A program made the translations under genes and the position numbers. The notes beneath the pieces were generated by a model, which was not told the DNA's origin, ran no database searches, and was given only the letters and a program-made list of their open reading frames with translations. Shown here in pieces: positions 23,767 to 36,872 of a DNA stretch of 64,000 nucleotides (within the stretch, counting starts at the first letter, position 1; the number at the start of each line of letters is the position of its first letter). This DNA is from Sphyrna mokarran (taxonomy: Eukaryota), in assembly GCA_024679065.1 (NCBI GenBank), contig JAGIQG010000006.1, positions 124,124,001 to 124,188,000 on the forward strand. The letters run 5' to 3'.

Positions 23767-24054
23767 CTGCAAGGGAATTGAAGCTTTTCAGTAAATCAAT
23801 CCAAATCAACAACACTAACCAGTGGCCATAATATATTCTAAATAGGTTACATATGCCAAAATAATTATCTGAAAATGAAAACTAACTTCAGATTTCAAAT
23901 GTTGCAAAAGGAACAATCATTGAAGTAAAACATATTTTGAAACAAAATACCCAATTCATGAATTGTTGTTGGTCCGGGATCTATGAATATGATTGTAAGA
24001 CTCTTGCATTCAGAACTCACTTCCTCTAATTACTGTTAACATGTTCCCCTCTAG

Positions 24055-24350
24055 CTTCAAGACACAGCTACAGGATAAAAGGACTGGTCATTTAAAACTG
24101 AGATGTGTAGAAATTTCTTCTCGCATAAGGTAGTGAATCTCTTGGAGTTCTTTGTCCCAAAAGGTGATGGAGGTTGGATCATTAGAAGTATTTAAAGTAA
24201 AGGTGTATAAGTATTTGATTGATCGAGGAATAGAGGGAAGGAACACAGGAAAGGAATTGAGACCGGCACAGATCAACCATATCGTATTGAATGGTGGGGC
24301 AGGCTTGCAGGGCCTGGTGGCCCACTCCTGCTTCTATTTCTTGTGTTCTA
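24055..24350 (+). mobile_element. CR1 3' fragment
   Basis: MEVGSLEVFKVKVYKYL followed by CR1-type 3' UTR. Confidence 0.6.
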
Positions 24351-24604
24351 ACAATCAAAGAAGCAAATCTGTGCATACACTCTCTGCCCTGGGTGAGCAT
24401 ACTGATGTATAAAAAAATAGCATTCAGAAAGACAAAAGATTTGATAAATCTAATTAATACAATTAATTTTTTGGTTTAACCATTTAAATAAACACAGATT
24501 TTGATGGCTACGGGAAAGGATTTTTTTTTTGTTTAACTCTTTGGTATTAAGTATAGATTAAATAGCCTCTTAAAATTACTGTCAACTGATAAACGGACAC
24601 TTAC

Positions 24605-24719
24605 CGTTTCCCCGTCATTAATGTTTCCACAAGGATTGAAACCAGCTCCTGTTGGTCTTGTTCACTGCCCAGTTCATACACCAACCCAAGCCCTTTAGAT
24701 GCCACATCCTGACTAAGTT
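24605..24719 (-). CDS. ECPAS: ECPAS exon 23 of window
   Basis: atag|AA..CG|gtaagt; [37 protein letters not shown]. Confidence 0.95.
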
Positions 24720-25171
24720 CTATAATGTTAAGCAAAAAAAAAGATAAATCAGTCTGCACAGACATCTATTAAACAATTAGTTAACTCAAATGATTCACAT
24801 ACAGAATACAATAGCTTCCCGAGTGATAATCTCCAAACTACTAGATTTTTTCACTGGACGATATGATTGAGCTGCCATTTCTTTATATAATATCAGGTAC
24901 ACTGACTGGTAACTATCCTGGCAAACAAAATATACTTATAATCCAAGACCACTTTTTTGTCCTCATCAGAATGTGACATACTCAAGTGTTTCAATCACTT
25001 GTGGATAATATTAATGAATTTGATTTCAAAAAAATTGACAATTATTCATGACTTCAAAAATTTTAATGACAAATAAATGGCTTTCTATATCCTGCACTGC
25101 TGAACCTCAGAACTTTACAGTACGTATATGACTTGCAGGTGCAGGCAGAGGTACAAACTGGACATATTTAA

Positions 25172-25736
25172 TACAGTACAGCACAGCACAGCACAGGAAC
25201 AGGCCCTTCAGCCCTCCAAGCCTGCACCAATCATGATGCCTGCCTAAACTAAAGCCGTATGCATTTAGAGTCCATATCCTTCCATTCCCATCCTATTCAT
25301 GTATTCGTCAAGTTGCCCCTTAAATGCCACAATCATACCTAGTCCCACCACCTCCCCAGACAGCATGTTCCAGTTCACTTACCACCCTCTGTAAAAAAAA
25401 AAACTTGCCTCACACATCTCCTCTAAACTTATCCCCATGCACCCTAAATTTACGTCCCCTAGTACTTAACCTTTCTATCCTAGGAAAGAGCATCTGACTA
25501 TTCACTCTGTCCAAGCCACTCAATCTTGTAGACTATCAGGTTGCCCATGAACCTCCATCGTTCCAGTGAGAACAAACTGAGTTTATCTAATTTCCCCTCT
25601 CAGATATCTTCCAGGCCAGACAACAACCTGGTAAACCTCTTCTGTACCCTCTCCAAAGCATCCACATTCTTTTGGTAGCATGGTAAGCAGAACTGTACAC
25701 AATATTCTAAATGCGGCCCAACTAAGGTTCTGTACA
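25172..25736 (-). mobile_element. CR1 LINE 3' fragment
   Basis: Reverse complement encodes LEYCVQFC..KECGCFGEGTEEV; (CACAG)n terminus. Confidence 0.75.
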
Positions 25737-25935
25737 AAACCTGTACGTTGCTGGTGTGAATGTTAATGAGTAACAGACATCAGAAGACTTGAACTCCTTC
25801 AACATAACTCATTCTAAACCACCACATGCCAGAGTGAAAAGTAGGTTAACTTTTCTAACTGATGCTTTTGCATATCTTTAAATCCATCATTTTTAACCAG
25901 TGAGAGAATTGCAGTACATTTAAAATTGAACTTAC

Positions 25936-25990
25936 CGTCATTCTCAGATAAAATCGAAATGAATGCACTCTGAATTTCCTTTAAATGAGA
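25936..25990 (-). CDS. ECPAS: ECPAS exon 22 of window
   Basis: acag|TCT..G|gtaag; SHLKEIQSAFISILSEND. Confidence 0.95.
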
Positions 25991-26353
25991 CTGTAAAGAA
26001 AGAAAATCACATGTAAAACCCAACAAACTGCAATATTTCTACAAACTGAATTCTAAATTAAATCAATTCCTTACACTTTAAAAAAATTATCAAAGAAAAT
26101 TTTCCCATTTTGTCATTTGGAAATATGATTTCCAAACATCTTTTAATGAATACACTCAGGAAAAACTTTTTTTTAAAAAGAAAAAGCAAACAAAGTACAT
26201 TCTGATAATTCCTATCCTCTTAATTCAGAGGATTGTCTGTATCCCAGCATTATGTTAAAAATGTCACAACATGAATAATGAATCTCCACAACTATTCAAT
26301 AATTGTGGATTTTGTTTTAAAACAACATTGCAAAGCAACAGTAATGTTTTCAC

Positions 26354-26499
26354 CTTGATCTCCTTGTGTTGGCTTAGTTTCTTCACCAGTGACAAAAGCC
26401 AGATGCAGGAAGCCTGACGGACATGGGGATTGGAACTAATGATGTATTTCTTTAGGATTTCATCCAGGACCCACGGAACAACATCATTTACTTTAACAG
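26354..26499 (-). CDS. ECPAS: ECPAS exon 21 of window
   Basis: tcag|CT..AAG|gtgaaa; [48 protein letters not shown]. Confidence 0.95.
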
Positions 26500-27429
26500 C
26501 TGAGAATTTAAAACAAGAAGGGCATTGAAATTTGCAGGTGAGCACACAAACTACATGAATACATTCTTCTTTAAAGGAAGCAGGTAGGGGAGTAGCTGAA
26601 TGGTCTCCTTCTCTGCTGTAACAATTTGTGATTATGTGGTATTCAGATGAATAATAAGTTTCCAGCCAGAATGTTAATGGATGGACAAAATTTGACAGCT
26701 GTAACAAGTGTAACTGAAGCAGATCACATTTGCAATATTTCAGGAAACAAGTTCAACTGAGTTGTGACAAATATGTTGCCAGTGATAGCAAAAATCAGTA
26801 ACAAGCTCCCTTTTCTTATTGCAACACTAAACACTCTCAAGTGCTATCTCACATTTCCTACTGCCATTTTCGAAATATCATTCCAGGTATGCGTCACCAC
26901 AAATGTGGTTTCTGCATTACAACCACAGTCCAAACATTCTGCAATACTGGTATTAAAGGTCAACTAGTAATTCGTGCATTGAATTTCTAAGTGCACTTTC
27001 TTGTGACAGAATTTAGCCTGAGCATCTATTGATGTTAGAAGTCTGGTGACAGTGTGATATTGCACCAACTGTTTACTAGTCAATGTTAAATGTGACACTT
27101 CAATAAGGATGGTAGGCTGGCAGGAAATCAACTCACTTCTGGTACTGGTCTCCCCTCTTTCACAGAACTGCTTTGAGTGCTCTATCTATATGCTTTTGCC
27201 CCATAGGCCCATCAAGAGGTAACCTGTGCCATTCCTCCCACAGATATTATGCTCCCACTATTACTTGTAGAATATAAGTTTTTGTTATTTATGCTGATTG
27301 ATTGAACTAGGCAAGGAGATGAATTGGAAGAAGAGGTCAACACTTATCTTATAACAGAACACAGGAGTTAGCTCCTCAGGTAAAACAACTGCTGGTTTTG
27401 TTTCTTCCAACTATCTCATCACTTGTAAC

Positions 27430-27760
27430 TTATAGAATCCTGACTACAGAAGGAGGCTGCTTGACTCATTGAGCCTGCACTAGCTCTCTGATGGAGCATC
27501 TTTCCCAGGGTCTATTCCTCTAACCCCACACATTTACCCCGCTAATTTCTCTAGCCTACACATCTTGGGATAGCAAAGGGCAATTTAGCACGGTCAATCC
27601 ATCTAACCCACACATCTCTGGAATGTGGGAGGAAACTGGGGTATCCGGAGGAAATCCACGCAGGGAGAATTTACAAACTCTACATGGACAGTAACCCAAG
27701 ATCAGAATTGAAACCGGGTCTCTAGTGCTGTGAGCCAACAGTGGGTCACCTTGCCGCCCC
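27430..27760 (-). mobile_element. HE1-like SINE, tail A variant
   Basis: Consensus match. Confidence 0.8.
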
Positions 27761-28074
27761 ATCCCTTTAGCCTCCTTCCCTGTTTACAGCATGGGGAAAA
27801 TAAACTATTTTTAAAAATATGTTTAAAATTGGAAGCAGAATAAAACGTTTCTGTGTACTGTACTGTGAACATCCCTGCAACATTGAACAATGAAGTACAG
27901 AAAAAGGAAAAATTCTATTGCCCATCAAATTGCTTTACAACTTGAAATAAAAGTGTCCGATTAATGTGGGGGTTGTGCTAGCGGGTGGCATTCGTAATGC
28001 TTTCCATAACTAACAACAAAATGCAAGTTTTATTGTAATTTCCAAATTGGGTGCTCTTACAATATTTACTGACA

Positions 28075-28165
28075 AACATAGGTTAGATGAGCTTTAGAAT
28101 GGTTTCACAGGTTGGCGCAACATTGAGGGCCGAAGGGCTTTGTACCGCGCTGTAATGTTCTGTTT
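28075..28165 (+). mobile_element. CR1 3' tail
   Basis: Matches 5375-5431. Confidence 0.65.
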
Positions 28166-28424
28166 CGTACAAATGCAACCTCATCCAATTCTACACTTAA
28201 ATCAGTTATCGTGTTTGTACTATTCTCAAAATATACAACACGCTTCAAATTACACAAAGCTTTTCATTTCAAATCCATCTCTTACTAAAGCATCTTGTGT
28301 AAAACCTCCAACATCACCATTTGGTATTGTCCACTCAGGAATGACTAGAATTTGCCGCAGAGAGATAATATTTTGAGTTTGCATGTGTTAACAGCTGAAA
28401 ACACACATACCGTCTGCAACTTAC

Positions 28425-28548
28425 CAACCGGAGGGGTGTACTCCTCCTCAGCAACCATCCACAGATCGCGAGCTGCCAGCGAACTTGTTCCTAGTGCTGC
28501 ACTGGTGATCGCTTCTCCGACTGTGAACTGCAGCTCTATTTGTTTTGC
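28425..28548 (-). CDS. ECPAS: ECPAS exon 20 of window
   Basis: ccag|GCA..G|gtaagt; [41 protein letters not shown]. Confidence 0.95.
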
Positions 28549-28699
28549 CTGGGGAAAAGGATTACGTTTTGAACTATTACTTGTGATTTTGATTGCCAAG
28601 TCTAACCCAAAACCCATAAGGTTGGAAGTTTCTAACTATTTTTTTTGATCCTTCCTGTTGGAAAAAACAAACTCATCAGTAGGTAACTCTATAGCTTCA

Positions 28700-28980
28700 A
28701 AAGTTAAAGTTTATTTATTAGTCACAAATAATACTTACATTAACACTGCAATGAAGTTATTGTGAAATTCCCTGAGTCGCCATACTCTGGCACCTGTTTG
28801 GGTCAATGCACCGAACCAGCATATCTTTCAGATTGTGAGAGGAACCCAAAGCATCCAGAGGAAACCCATGTGGAGACAGGGAGAATGTGCAGACTCCACA
28901 CAGTGATCCAAGCTGGAACAGAACCCAGGTCCCTGGTAGTGAGAGACAGCAGCGCTAACTACTGTGCTACCTTGATGTCC
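28700..28980 (-). mobile_element. HE1-like SINE, tail B
   Basis: Consensus match. Confidence 0.85.
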
Positions 28981-29092
28981 TCCCATACGCTTGTGACAGA
29001 TAGCACCCTCTGTACTGGTTAGTAGGTAAACACTAAAGAGGTCCAAACTTACCTACTACGATCCTTTCCGCAGTTCAAAAGACACAGAATCG

Positions 29093-29408
29093 AGGGCGGC
29101 ATAGTGGTTATCACTGCTGCCTCACAGCGCCAGGGATCCGGGTTCAGTTTGGGCCTTGGGCCACTGTCCGTGTGGAGTTTGCACTTTCTCCCTGCACCCA
29201 CATGAATTTCCTCCGGGTGCTCCGGTTTTCTCCCACAGTCCAAAGACCTGCAGGTTAGGTTGACTGGCCATGCTAAGATGCCTCTTAGTGTCAGGGGGAG
29301 TAGCAGAGTAAATACACTGATTACGGGGATTGGGCCTGGGTGGAATTGATGTTGGTGCAGGCTCGATGGGCCAAACAGCCTCCTTCTGCACTGTCGGGAT
29401 CCTATGAC
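29093..29408 (+). mobile_element. HE1-like SINE, tail A
   Basis: Full-length, close to consensus. Confidence 0.88.
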
Positions 29409-29695
29409 CAAAACAGACAGATCTGCACTTTAATGGCGCCTTTTCCAGAAAGAGAATTTTCTGGTGTGCAGTCACTGTTGTATTGCAAGCACGGCAGTTA
29501 TGTTTGCTCCCACAATCAACGATATGATAATCACCAAATCACTTGTTTTAATTGTGCTAAGTACTGGCCAGGACACCGGGGCAGACATAGGGATTTTGAT
29601 GCCCATATCCCAAGCAGTGACTTTTCATCTCTACTCCCTAATCTCACAGCAATATGTGAGGACCTTCACTACATAAATTGTAGTGCTTCAACAGA

Positions 29696-29978
29696 AGGCA
29701 TGGTGGCACACTGGTTAGCACGGCTGCTCCACAGCGCCAGAGGCCTGGGTTTGATTCCTGACTTGGGTCACCGTTTGTGTGGAGTTTGTATGTTCTCCTC
29801 ATGTCTGCGTGGGGCTCCTCTGAGTGCTCCAGTTTCCCCTCTCAGTGTGGAAGATGTGCTGGCTAGCTGCATTGACCCGAACAGGTTCCGGACTGTGGCG
29901 ACTAGATGGATTTTGCAGTAATTTCGTTGCAGTGTTCATGCAAGCCTTACTTGTGGCCAATAAATAAACTTTAAACTT
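29696..29978 (+). mobile_element. HE1-like SINE, tail B
   Basis: Consensus match. Confidence 0.85.
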
Positions 29979-30124
29979 TGCCATCACATGAGTTACTACA
30001 GTTTGGCAACACTGCCACGTGTCTCTCAAGAGTGAATACAAACATAAATTTGCAACTATATTCGCAAGGTACAATTCTGAGTTCTGAAAATTGCTTTTCA
30101 ATGTATGTTTAGAGCAACGTTTAC

Positions 30125-30226
30125 CTCAACAGAGTTCATCAATCCTTGGAGGAGTTTCTTCTGATGAGGAAAATCACCATCTCCAACAGGCAAATAACCT
30201 AGTGTCTGCACTGCTCGCTCCTTCAT
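30125..30226 (-). CDS. ECPAS: ECPAS exon 19 of window
   Basis: atag|ATG..GAG|gtaaac; [34 protein letters not shown]. Confidence 0.95.
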
Positions 30227-31044
30227 CTATAGAAACAGTGAGGTAACACAGTCAATAATTACATGGCGGTTTTAATTAATAACTAGATTTGATTAATGCA
30301 AGGACTGGCAGTTAGGGATGATATCCCCCGTATCCCATCTATTGACCAGGAAGCATGTCCTGACCAGAGTTGGAGGTGGTGTTAAGGAGATTAAAATTCT
30401 TTTCCATATTTTCTCACAAGGCAGATCCCTATTCTCTGCATGTCTTGAATCTTTATGCACTAGTTTATGTTGGCTCAATGGTCTCCTTCTGTTCTGTATT
30501 ATGCTTTGGATTTCATATGGTAGTGCAGTCAGCTGCAAAATTTTAATTTTCATTACTTGGTGGGCTAACTAGATTATAATATATTGTTTTACATTATGTA
30601 ATAATTTGGGGTGGGATTTAAAACATTAATTTCAAAAAACTAAAATCAAATTGTGCATTTTCTCATTAAAAACTTAGCCCATTAAGCTGCAAAATTACAC
30701 TAACATTTAACACCTTTGTATGAATTCCCATCTAAACAGACATTAACCAGATGATTAACACTTTGCTTACTACAACAAAGAACACATTTAACTGCTGAGA
30801 TCATGTTATGCAATCTCAAAGCCATAGTGTCTCAGTGCTATCAGATTAGGAAAATTTATTTACAAATGTGCTTGGTTCCCTATCTACCCCTCCATGATAA
30901 GGAAAGCTGCACCATCAGAAGTTGATTACAGGGCAATGATGTTCTGTTTGCTATAATTCCTGACAGTAGCAATCTGTAAGGATGACTGTGTTCAAACTAA
31001 AGGCAGCACATGGGGAGAGATAAAAAGACTTAAGAATTGAACTT

Positions 31045-31372
31045 TGGGGTGATATGGCAGCATCGTGGTTAGCACTGCTGCTTCATAGCACCTGGGACCC
31101 GGGTTCAATTAAAGTTTGGGTCACTGTCTGCATGGAGTTTGCACATTTTCCCCGTGTCTGCATGGGTTTTTCCCAGGATCTTCCCACAGTACAAAGATGT
31201 GCAGGTTAGGCTGACTGACCACATTAAATTGCCCCTTGGTGTCCCAAGCAGATGAGAGGATGAGTGACATAAATATGTGGAGTTACAGGGTAAGGGGTGG
31301 GCTGGGTGAGAGGCTCAGTTGGACAATGGTGCAGACTCAATGGGCTGAATGGCCTCTTTCTATGATTCTAAG
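31045..31372 (+). mobile_element. HE1-like SINE, tail A
   Basis: Consensus match. Confidence 0.8.
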
Positions 31373-31399
31373 ACATATTAAATTTCAAGGAAACTAGTA

Positions 31400-31800
31400 C
31401 AGAATAGAATTCCTACCGTGTAGAAAGCCATTCGGCCCATCAAGCCTACAGTGACAACAATCCTACTCAGACTCTTATCTCTATAACCCTGCATATTTAC
31501 CCAAAAGTTTATTTATTAGTGTCACAAGTAGGCTTACATTAACACTGCAATGAAGTTATTGTGAAAATTCCTGGTCGCCACACTCCGTATTACAGAGTTA
31601 CTCTGTTCGGATATGCTGAGGGAGAATTTAGCATGGCCAGTGCACCTAACCAGTACGTCTTTCAGACTATGGGAGGAAATGGAGCACTCAGGGAAAACCC
31701 ACACAGACATGGGAAGAATGTGCAGACTCCATCCAGACAGTGGGAGTCGGAACTGGGAATCGAACTCAGGTCCCTGGCACTGTGAGGCTGCCCTGCTAAT
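31400..31800 (-). mobile_element. HE1-like SINE with tail B followed directly by a tail A piece
   Basis: Tail-B copy 31504-31800 abuts a tail A fragment 31400-31503 on the same strand. Confidence 0.8.
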
Positions 31801-32233
31801 ACACTTAACTCTAGAGTCAGAGGTTTACAGCATGGAAACAGGCCCTTTGGTCCAACTTGCCATGCCACCCTTTTTTTTAAAACCACAAAGCTAGTTCCAA
31901 TTACTTGCAATTAGCTCACATCCGTCTACAAATAAATCCAAATCCTTCTACAAACTAAGGGGCATAGATAAGAAACACCACAAATTATTGAAATAATTAA
32001 CATTACAAAGTAAAAATAAAGACCTAATATCTACATATTTGGTATTTTTAAGTTCAGTGTATTAAGTTCCGTCTGTTTTAAATTCTTCCCATGCAGAAAT
32101 TAACCATGTTCCTAACGGGGAAGATACAATGAATGTCCGATGAATGTGCCATTGATAGAAGCGATGTTCAAGTGTTCCTGCTCCAGATCAAAAGCCAATA
32201 TCAGGACTTTTAGTATAAAGGATTGATCCTCAC

Positions 32234-32406
32234 CTTGTTACTCTCTTTGCTTGAACGGATTTTAGCGAGTAAGCTCTCCACCAACTGCAGTTTTGTGAAC
32301 CCAGGGCCTTCATTTGCGATGGGCAAAGCGCCGTTCCTCCCAATTTCTCCGACTGCTACACAAGCAGCCATGGCCAGAGATGGGGATGCATCACCTAAAA
32401 ATGAAG
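32234..32406 (-). CDS. ECPAS: ECPAS exon 18 of window
   Basis: tcag|CT..AAG|gtgagg; [28 protein letters not shown]...SSKESNK. Confidence 0.95.
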
Positions 32407-32819
32407 CTGAAATATTTTTGTTTAGAACAGTGTACATATGCACACACACGCATACATAAAACATATTTAACAAATATATTCTATACTTAAAAGGAAAGAA
32501 TAAAACTATCAGAGAACAAATATTACAATAAATGTACTGTGTGTGACGATTTAGAAAAATGCAGCATTCACATATAGATCAGGGGACAACCTGTGGGGGG
32601 GGTTACAGGGATGGGATGCTTTGTTAATGAATTGATGCTGACTTGATGGCTCTGCTTTAATTGGAAATTCAGCGGCAAATGTTACATCGAGGATTGCACG
32701 TGTCCTTTAACAGCTGCACTCTCTTCAGTGAAGCTGCTTCATGTCCAACCTGGAGGACAACTTGCAAAAGACTGCAAAAAACAACCCTTATCAACACGGT
32801 TCTTTGAATACCCTGGTAT

Positions 32820-33130
32820 AGCAGCATAGTGGCTCGGCACCAGGGACTTGGGTTTAATTCCAGCCTTGGGCGATTGTCTGCGCGGAACGTGCACGTTCTC
32901 CCTGTGTGGGTTTCCTCTGGGTGCTCCGGTTTCCTTCCAGAGTCTGACAGACATTTAGCTTAGGTTGATTGGCCATGCTATACTGCCTCTTAGTGCCCCA
33001 AGATGTGTTAGTTAGGGGAATTAGTAGAGTAAATCCTTGGTGTTATGGGGATGGAGTCTGGATGCGATGCTCGATCGGTGAGTTGGTGCAGACTCGATGA
33101 GCTGAATGCACTGTAGGAATTCTATGAATA
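32820..33130 (+). mobile_element. HE1-like SINE, tail A
   Basis: Consensus match. Confidence 0.8.
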
Positions 33131-33659
33131 CAAATTTGCAGCACAAATTCATTTTTTGAGCTGTCAATTCATGTTAAGCTCAAAGTTGGGGTCTGTGATA
33201 TGCCTACTGAAGCTGGGAAGGTAAAGGCCAACAGGTTACACATGTTCGGCCAATACTGCTTGCAGGTCTGCAAACTGAGACATCTCTCACCAATGCTAAA
33301 AGCAACTGCAGAAGTCTGGTCAGTATATTCTGAGGGTTTCGCAGCCACCACCACGGGGTAATTGCACCAGAAGTGGGAGAATTAGGAGTAGAAGGCTCCT
33401 ATGACTTACAACCAGATCTGTGCAAATCACCCATGTCAGAAGCCCCTCTGGTTTTATTCGTTTAGAAGATTAATTTTACATTGTGTTTTCCAGACAAGGC
33501 TTCAAGTAGCAACCACTGGAATTGGGAAGTGAGTGTTAGGTATTTTGAAACAATTTTGGTTAAGTGCCCAAAAGCACTGCCAAATAATGCCATAATTAAG
33601 AACTTCTCCAATCAGGTGGAAATCCAGGCCTCCTCAATCTACCAAAAATATACTAATTA

Positions 33660-33885
33660 TTATAGAATCCCTATAGTGCAGGAGGAGGCCATTCGGCCCA
33701 TCTAGTATGCAGCGGCCACAATCACAACCGGGCCCTATTCCTGCAACCTCACACATTTACTCTGCTAATCCCCTTGACACGAGGGCTAATCAACCTAACC
33801 CCAAGCAGACACAGGGAGAATACAAACTCCACACAGTGATCCAGGCTGTGAGGGAGAAGTGTTAATCATTGTGCCACCATGCCGC
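33660..33885 (-). mobile_element. HE1-like SINE, tail A (internal deletions)
   Basis: Consensus match. Confidence 0.75.
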
Positions 33886-34035
33886 TCAAAAAGTAACTAA
33901 AATGGTACCCGAAGCAGCTAAAAAAAATTCAGAGATAGTAAAGTTCAAAACTAGAAAAGTCGTTTACTAGCTGGATCAGATGAGTTCATCAAAACCATGA
34001 AAACATAACGCAAAGTTATATTTCAAATTAATTAC

Positions 34036-34198
34036 TAATTGTTTCTGTGGTAGGTTGGATTAGCTGGCTTTCCAGTGACTCTTCCGTATCCGACTGTTCC
34101 ATATCTTGGATATCTAAATCTGTTCTTTTCTTTCTGGCAAGGTACCGTCCTATCACATATCCTAAAGCCAGTAACGCTCCGTGCTGTGTTTCGAGGCT
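34036..34198 (-). CDS. ECPAS: ECPAS exon 17 of window
   Basis: gcag|AGC..A|gtaatt (weak donor); SLETQHGALLALGYVIGRYLARKK...QLIQPTTETI. Confidence 0.9.
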
Positions 34199-34269
34199 CT
34201 GCAGAGAGAAGAGTGCGAAAGGTTTGTTATTCTAATTGTTTTATTTTCTCATTAGGCTCAATCACATGT

Positions 34270-35490
34270 AAGATCAAGGAATGACATTATCAAAAGCACT
34301 TGGGACGTAGCAAAGACTACGGGGTCCAATGACATCCCGGCTGTAGTGAAGAATCAGCCTCACCCGTTGCAAAGATATTCCAGTATAGTTACAATATTGG
34401 CACCTGCCCAACAAGATGGGAAATTTCCCCAAGGATTTCATATCCCCCAAACGCAGGATAATTGCAACCAAGTCAAGTAACACCCATTAACCTACTCCCA
34501 GCCATCAGCAAAGTGATGGAAGAAGCCATCAACAAAGTATCAAGTGGCAATTACTCACCAGTCACCTTCTTGGTGACGTCCAGTTTGGGTTCAATAGGAC
34601 CAGGATTCCAGGCCTGAGATAAAATGTGGGCATAAGATCTGAATGCCACTGACTATGCAGTCTGTGCCTACACTCAGGAAGTCCTGGACAATATCCAGAC
34701 TTGGGCCAATACATGATAAAAAACATTTGGATTACAAATGTTTCAGGCAATGACTACCTCTACCAACAGAAAGTCTAACTAACTCCCCATGATAGTCAGT
34801 GATTCACTAAGTCCCTCCTCATCAATATTACTATTCACCAGAGACATAACGAGACCAGCCAAATAAACATTGAGCAATTGCAGCAGATCAGATGCTGGGT
34901 TTTGTGTGATGAATGGGTCAACCCAGATGTCAAAGGCATGACGGAAAACTCTTGATGTTTGAGGATGGTTGAAGCCACAAAATCCGAGTTTGACACCATT
35001 CAGGATAAAACAGACTACTTGATTGGCAGCCCCCATCAATTTGCTTAAAGATCCATTCACACCAACAAACGATGGTTGCAATAAGTATTAGAAGATGCAG
35101 TACAGCAACATGCAAGATTTTTGAGCAACATACACCCCAGAGCTGTGACATCCAATATCCAGAAGGACTAGGAGGGCAGGTGCATGGGAACACCATCACC
35201 CCAAGTCACATGACATGCAGACATGGGGATGGTGTAGCTGGTTAAAGGGGATAAAAGGCTGGGAACTGGCAATCTTTTAAACAAAAAGGGCAGCATGATC
35301 ACACAGTGGTTAGCACTGCTGCCTCACAGCTCCAGAGACCCAGGTTCGATTTCCCACTTGACCTTCCTACTTAACAGCACAGACTGAGATTTTTCACTAC
35401 ACGGACTGCAAAGGTTTGAGGTAGTTTCATCACCCCCACCTTCTCAACTAAGTATGGACAATAAATGTTGGACTTGAAAACACAAATAGC
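34270..35490 (+). mobile_element. Highly degraded copy of the 17688-type LINE
   Basis: Patchy RT motifs and the CACCTTCTCAA..CAATAAATG tail. Confidence 0.5.
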
Positions 35491-35891
35491 TCAAAGAATT
35501 ACTAAAAGAGAAATGCATTTATTCCCCGACTTGAAAAAAAAATTGAGTCAAAGTCACTGAGAAGGCAGGTCTATAATTGGGTCTCTAAAACAACAAAAAG
35601 AGTTTAATCCAGAAAATGCTGGATAAGCTCAGCAGGTCTGGCTACATCTGTGCAGAGAAAGAGAGTAATGCTTTGAGTCTAAATGATAGATGCTGAGTCT
35701 ATCTGGCATTTTGTGCTTCCATTTAAGATTTTATTGTAAGGAAGCAATCCATTTGGATTTGTCTACTGGGATGTGTAGTCTGAGGGAACAAGGAGGAGTG
35801 AAAAAGGAAAGATTAATTAATATACAAGGTTAATTGACAACACGCACCAACAGTAATTTAATTAGTTTAACCAATTAAAATAAGCACTTAC

Positions 35892-36023
35892 ACCATCTTT
35901 AGTGCTCTTAATGAGATTCTGGACAGCCAAGTGCAGGTCATTCCCAGACATAGTAGACAACACCACTGCATAAAGCTCTGCAGCCAGCTCACGGATCTCA
36001 TCTTTGTTTGTACTCATAAGACC
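35892..36023 (-). CDS. ECPAS: ECPAS exon 16 of window
   Basis: aaag|GGT..GGT|gtaagt; GLMSTNKDEIRELAAELYAVVLSTMSGNDLHLAVQNLIKSTKDG. Confidence 0.92.
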
Positions 36024-36399
36024 CTTTTTGAAAGAAGGGGAAATGGGGAAGAGATAGGAGGAACATTTATCCATCATAATTCTCTTATTTCAAAAAAAAA
36101 GTTCATTCGAGAATATTTATAAAGACAATTGTTAAAACTTCAAAATCAAGTCACTGCTCAAGAAAGTGACCGTGGAAATAATATAATCAGCTTAGTTTCT
36201 GGATAACAATTGTCACTGGGGAAAAATAATCAACTTTTGTTTTCATCCAAATTCAATGATATTTGACACTTGTTTCTAGATTTGCAGCGGATACATTTTA
36301 TATTAATTAAAATGAAAGAAGTTTTGTCCCAAAAAGGAGTTTAATTCTTTTTATGTGCATTTTTTGGAAATATCTCGAACTGTGATCATTGGAGAAATG

Positions 36400-36655
36400 C
36401 AGCAACCCAATTTTTGAGTAACAACATCTCATCAACAGTGATGGCATAACTGACCAAATAATCTGCTTTTGATTAGCTAACGGGAAAGATATTGGCCAGG
36501 AGAACGCAATGGTTTTCCGTAAACAGTTCCACAGTACCTTTAACACCCACCTAAATTAGGGCAAATAGGAACTAAATTTAATGTCTCAACAAAAGATGGC
36601 AATCTACAACAGTGCATCCAAAAGCAACAAAGCTACCAACTGAGCCAAGCTGGCT
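36400..36655 (-). mobile_element. Degraded Deu-SINE
   Basis: TGACCAAATAATCTG..ATATTGGCCAGGA..TTTAATGTCTCA is the reverse complement of the Deu core. Confidence 0.5.
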
Positions 36656-36780
36656 CAATCAATTTTTTGTTTATGATGCAGAAAAAAGTATACAAACTCA
36701 ACAGTTATAATGCTCAAATAACAGTAGTCAGTACATCCATTTAATTTTCTTCAACAAAAGGATCTGCTGTTTAAGCATAC

Positions 36781-36872
36781 CTTAATCCAATCTATTTTGT
36801 CTGTGAACTGTGCAGCCAATTTCTGTGGATAGATCGAGACTACTTCCAATAGACAGTACATCACAGGCATCC
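36781..36872 (-). CDS. ECPAS: ECPAS exon 15 of window
   Basis: ttag|GG..AAG|gtatgc; [30 protein letters not shown]. Confidence 0.95.

Noticed and set aside
29093-29165. tRNA genes at SINE heads (A and B boxes)
   Set aside because: They continue into V-domain and LINE-derived tails and lack a full cloverleaf.
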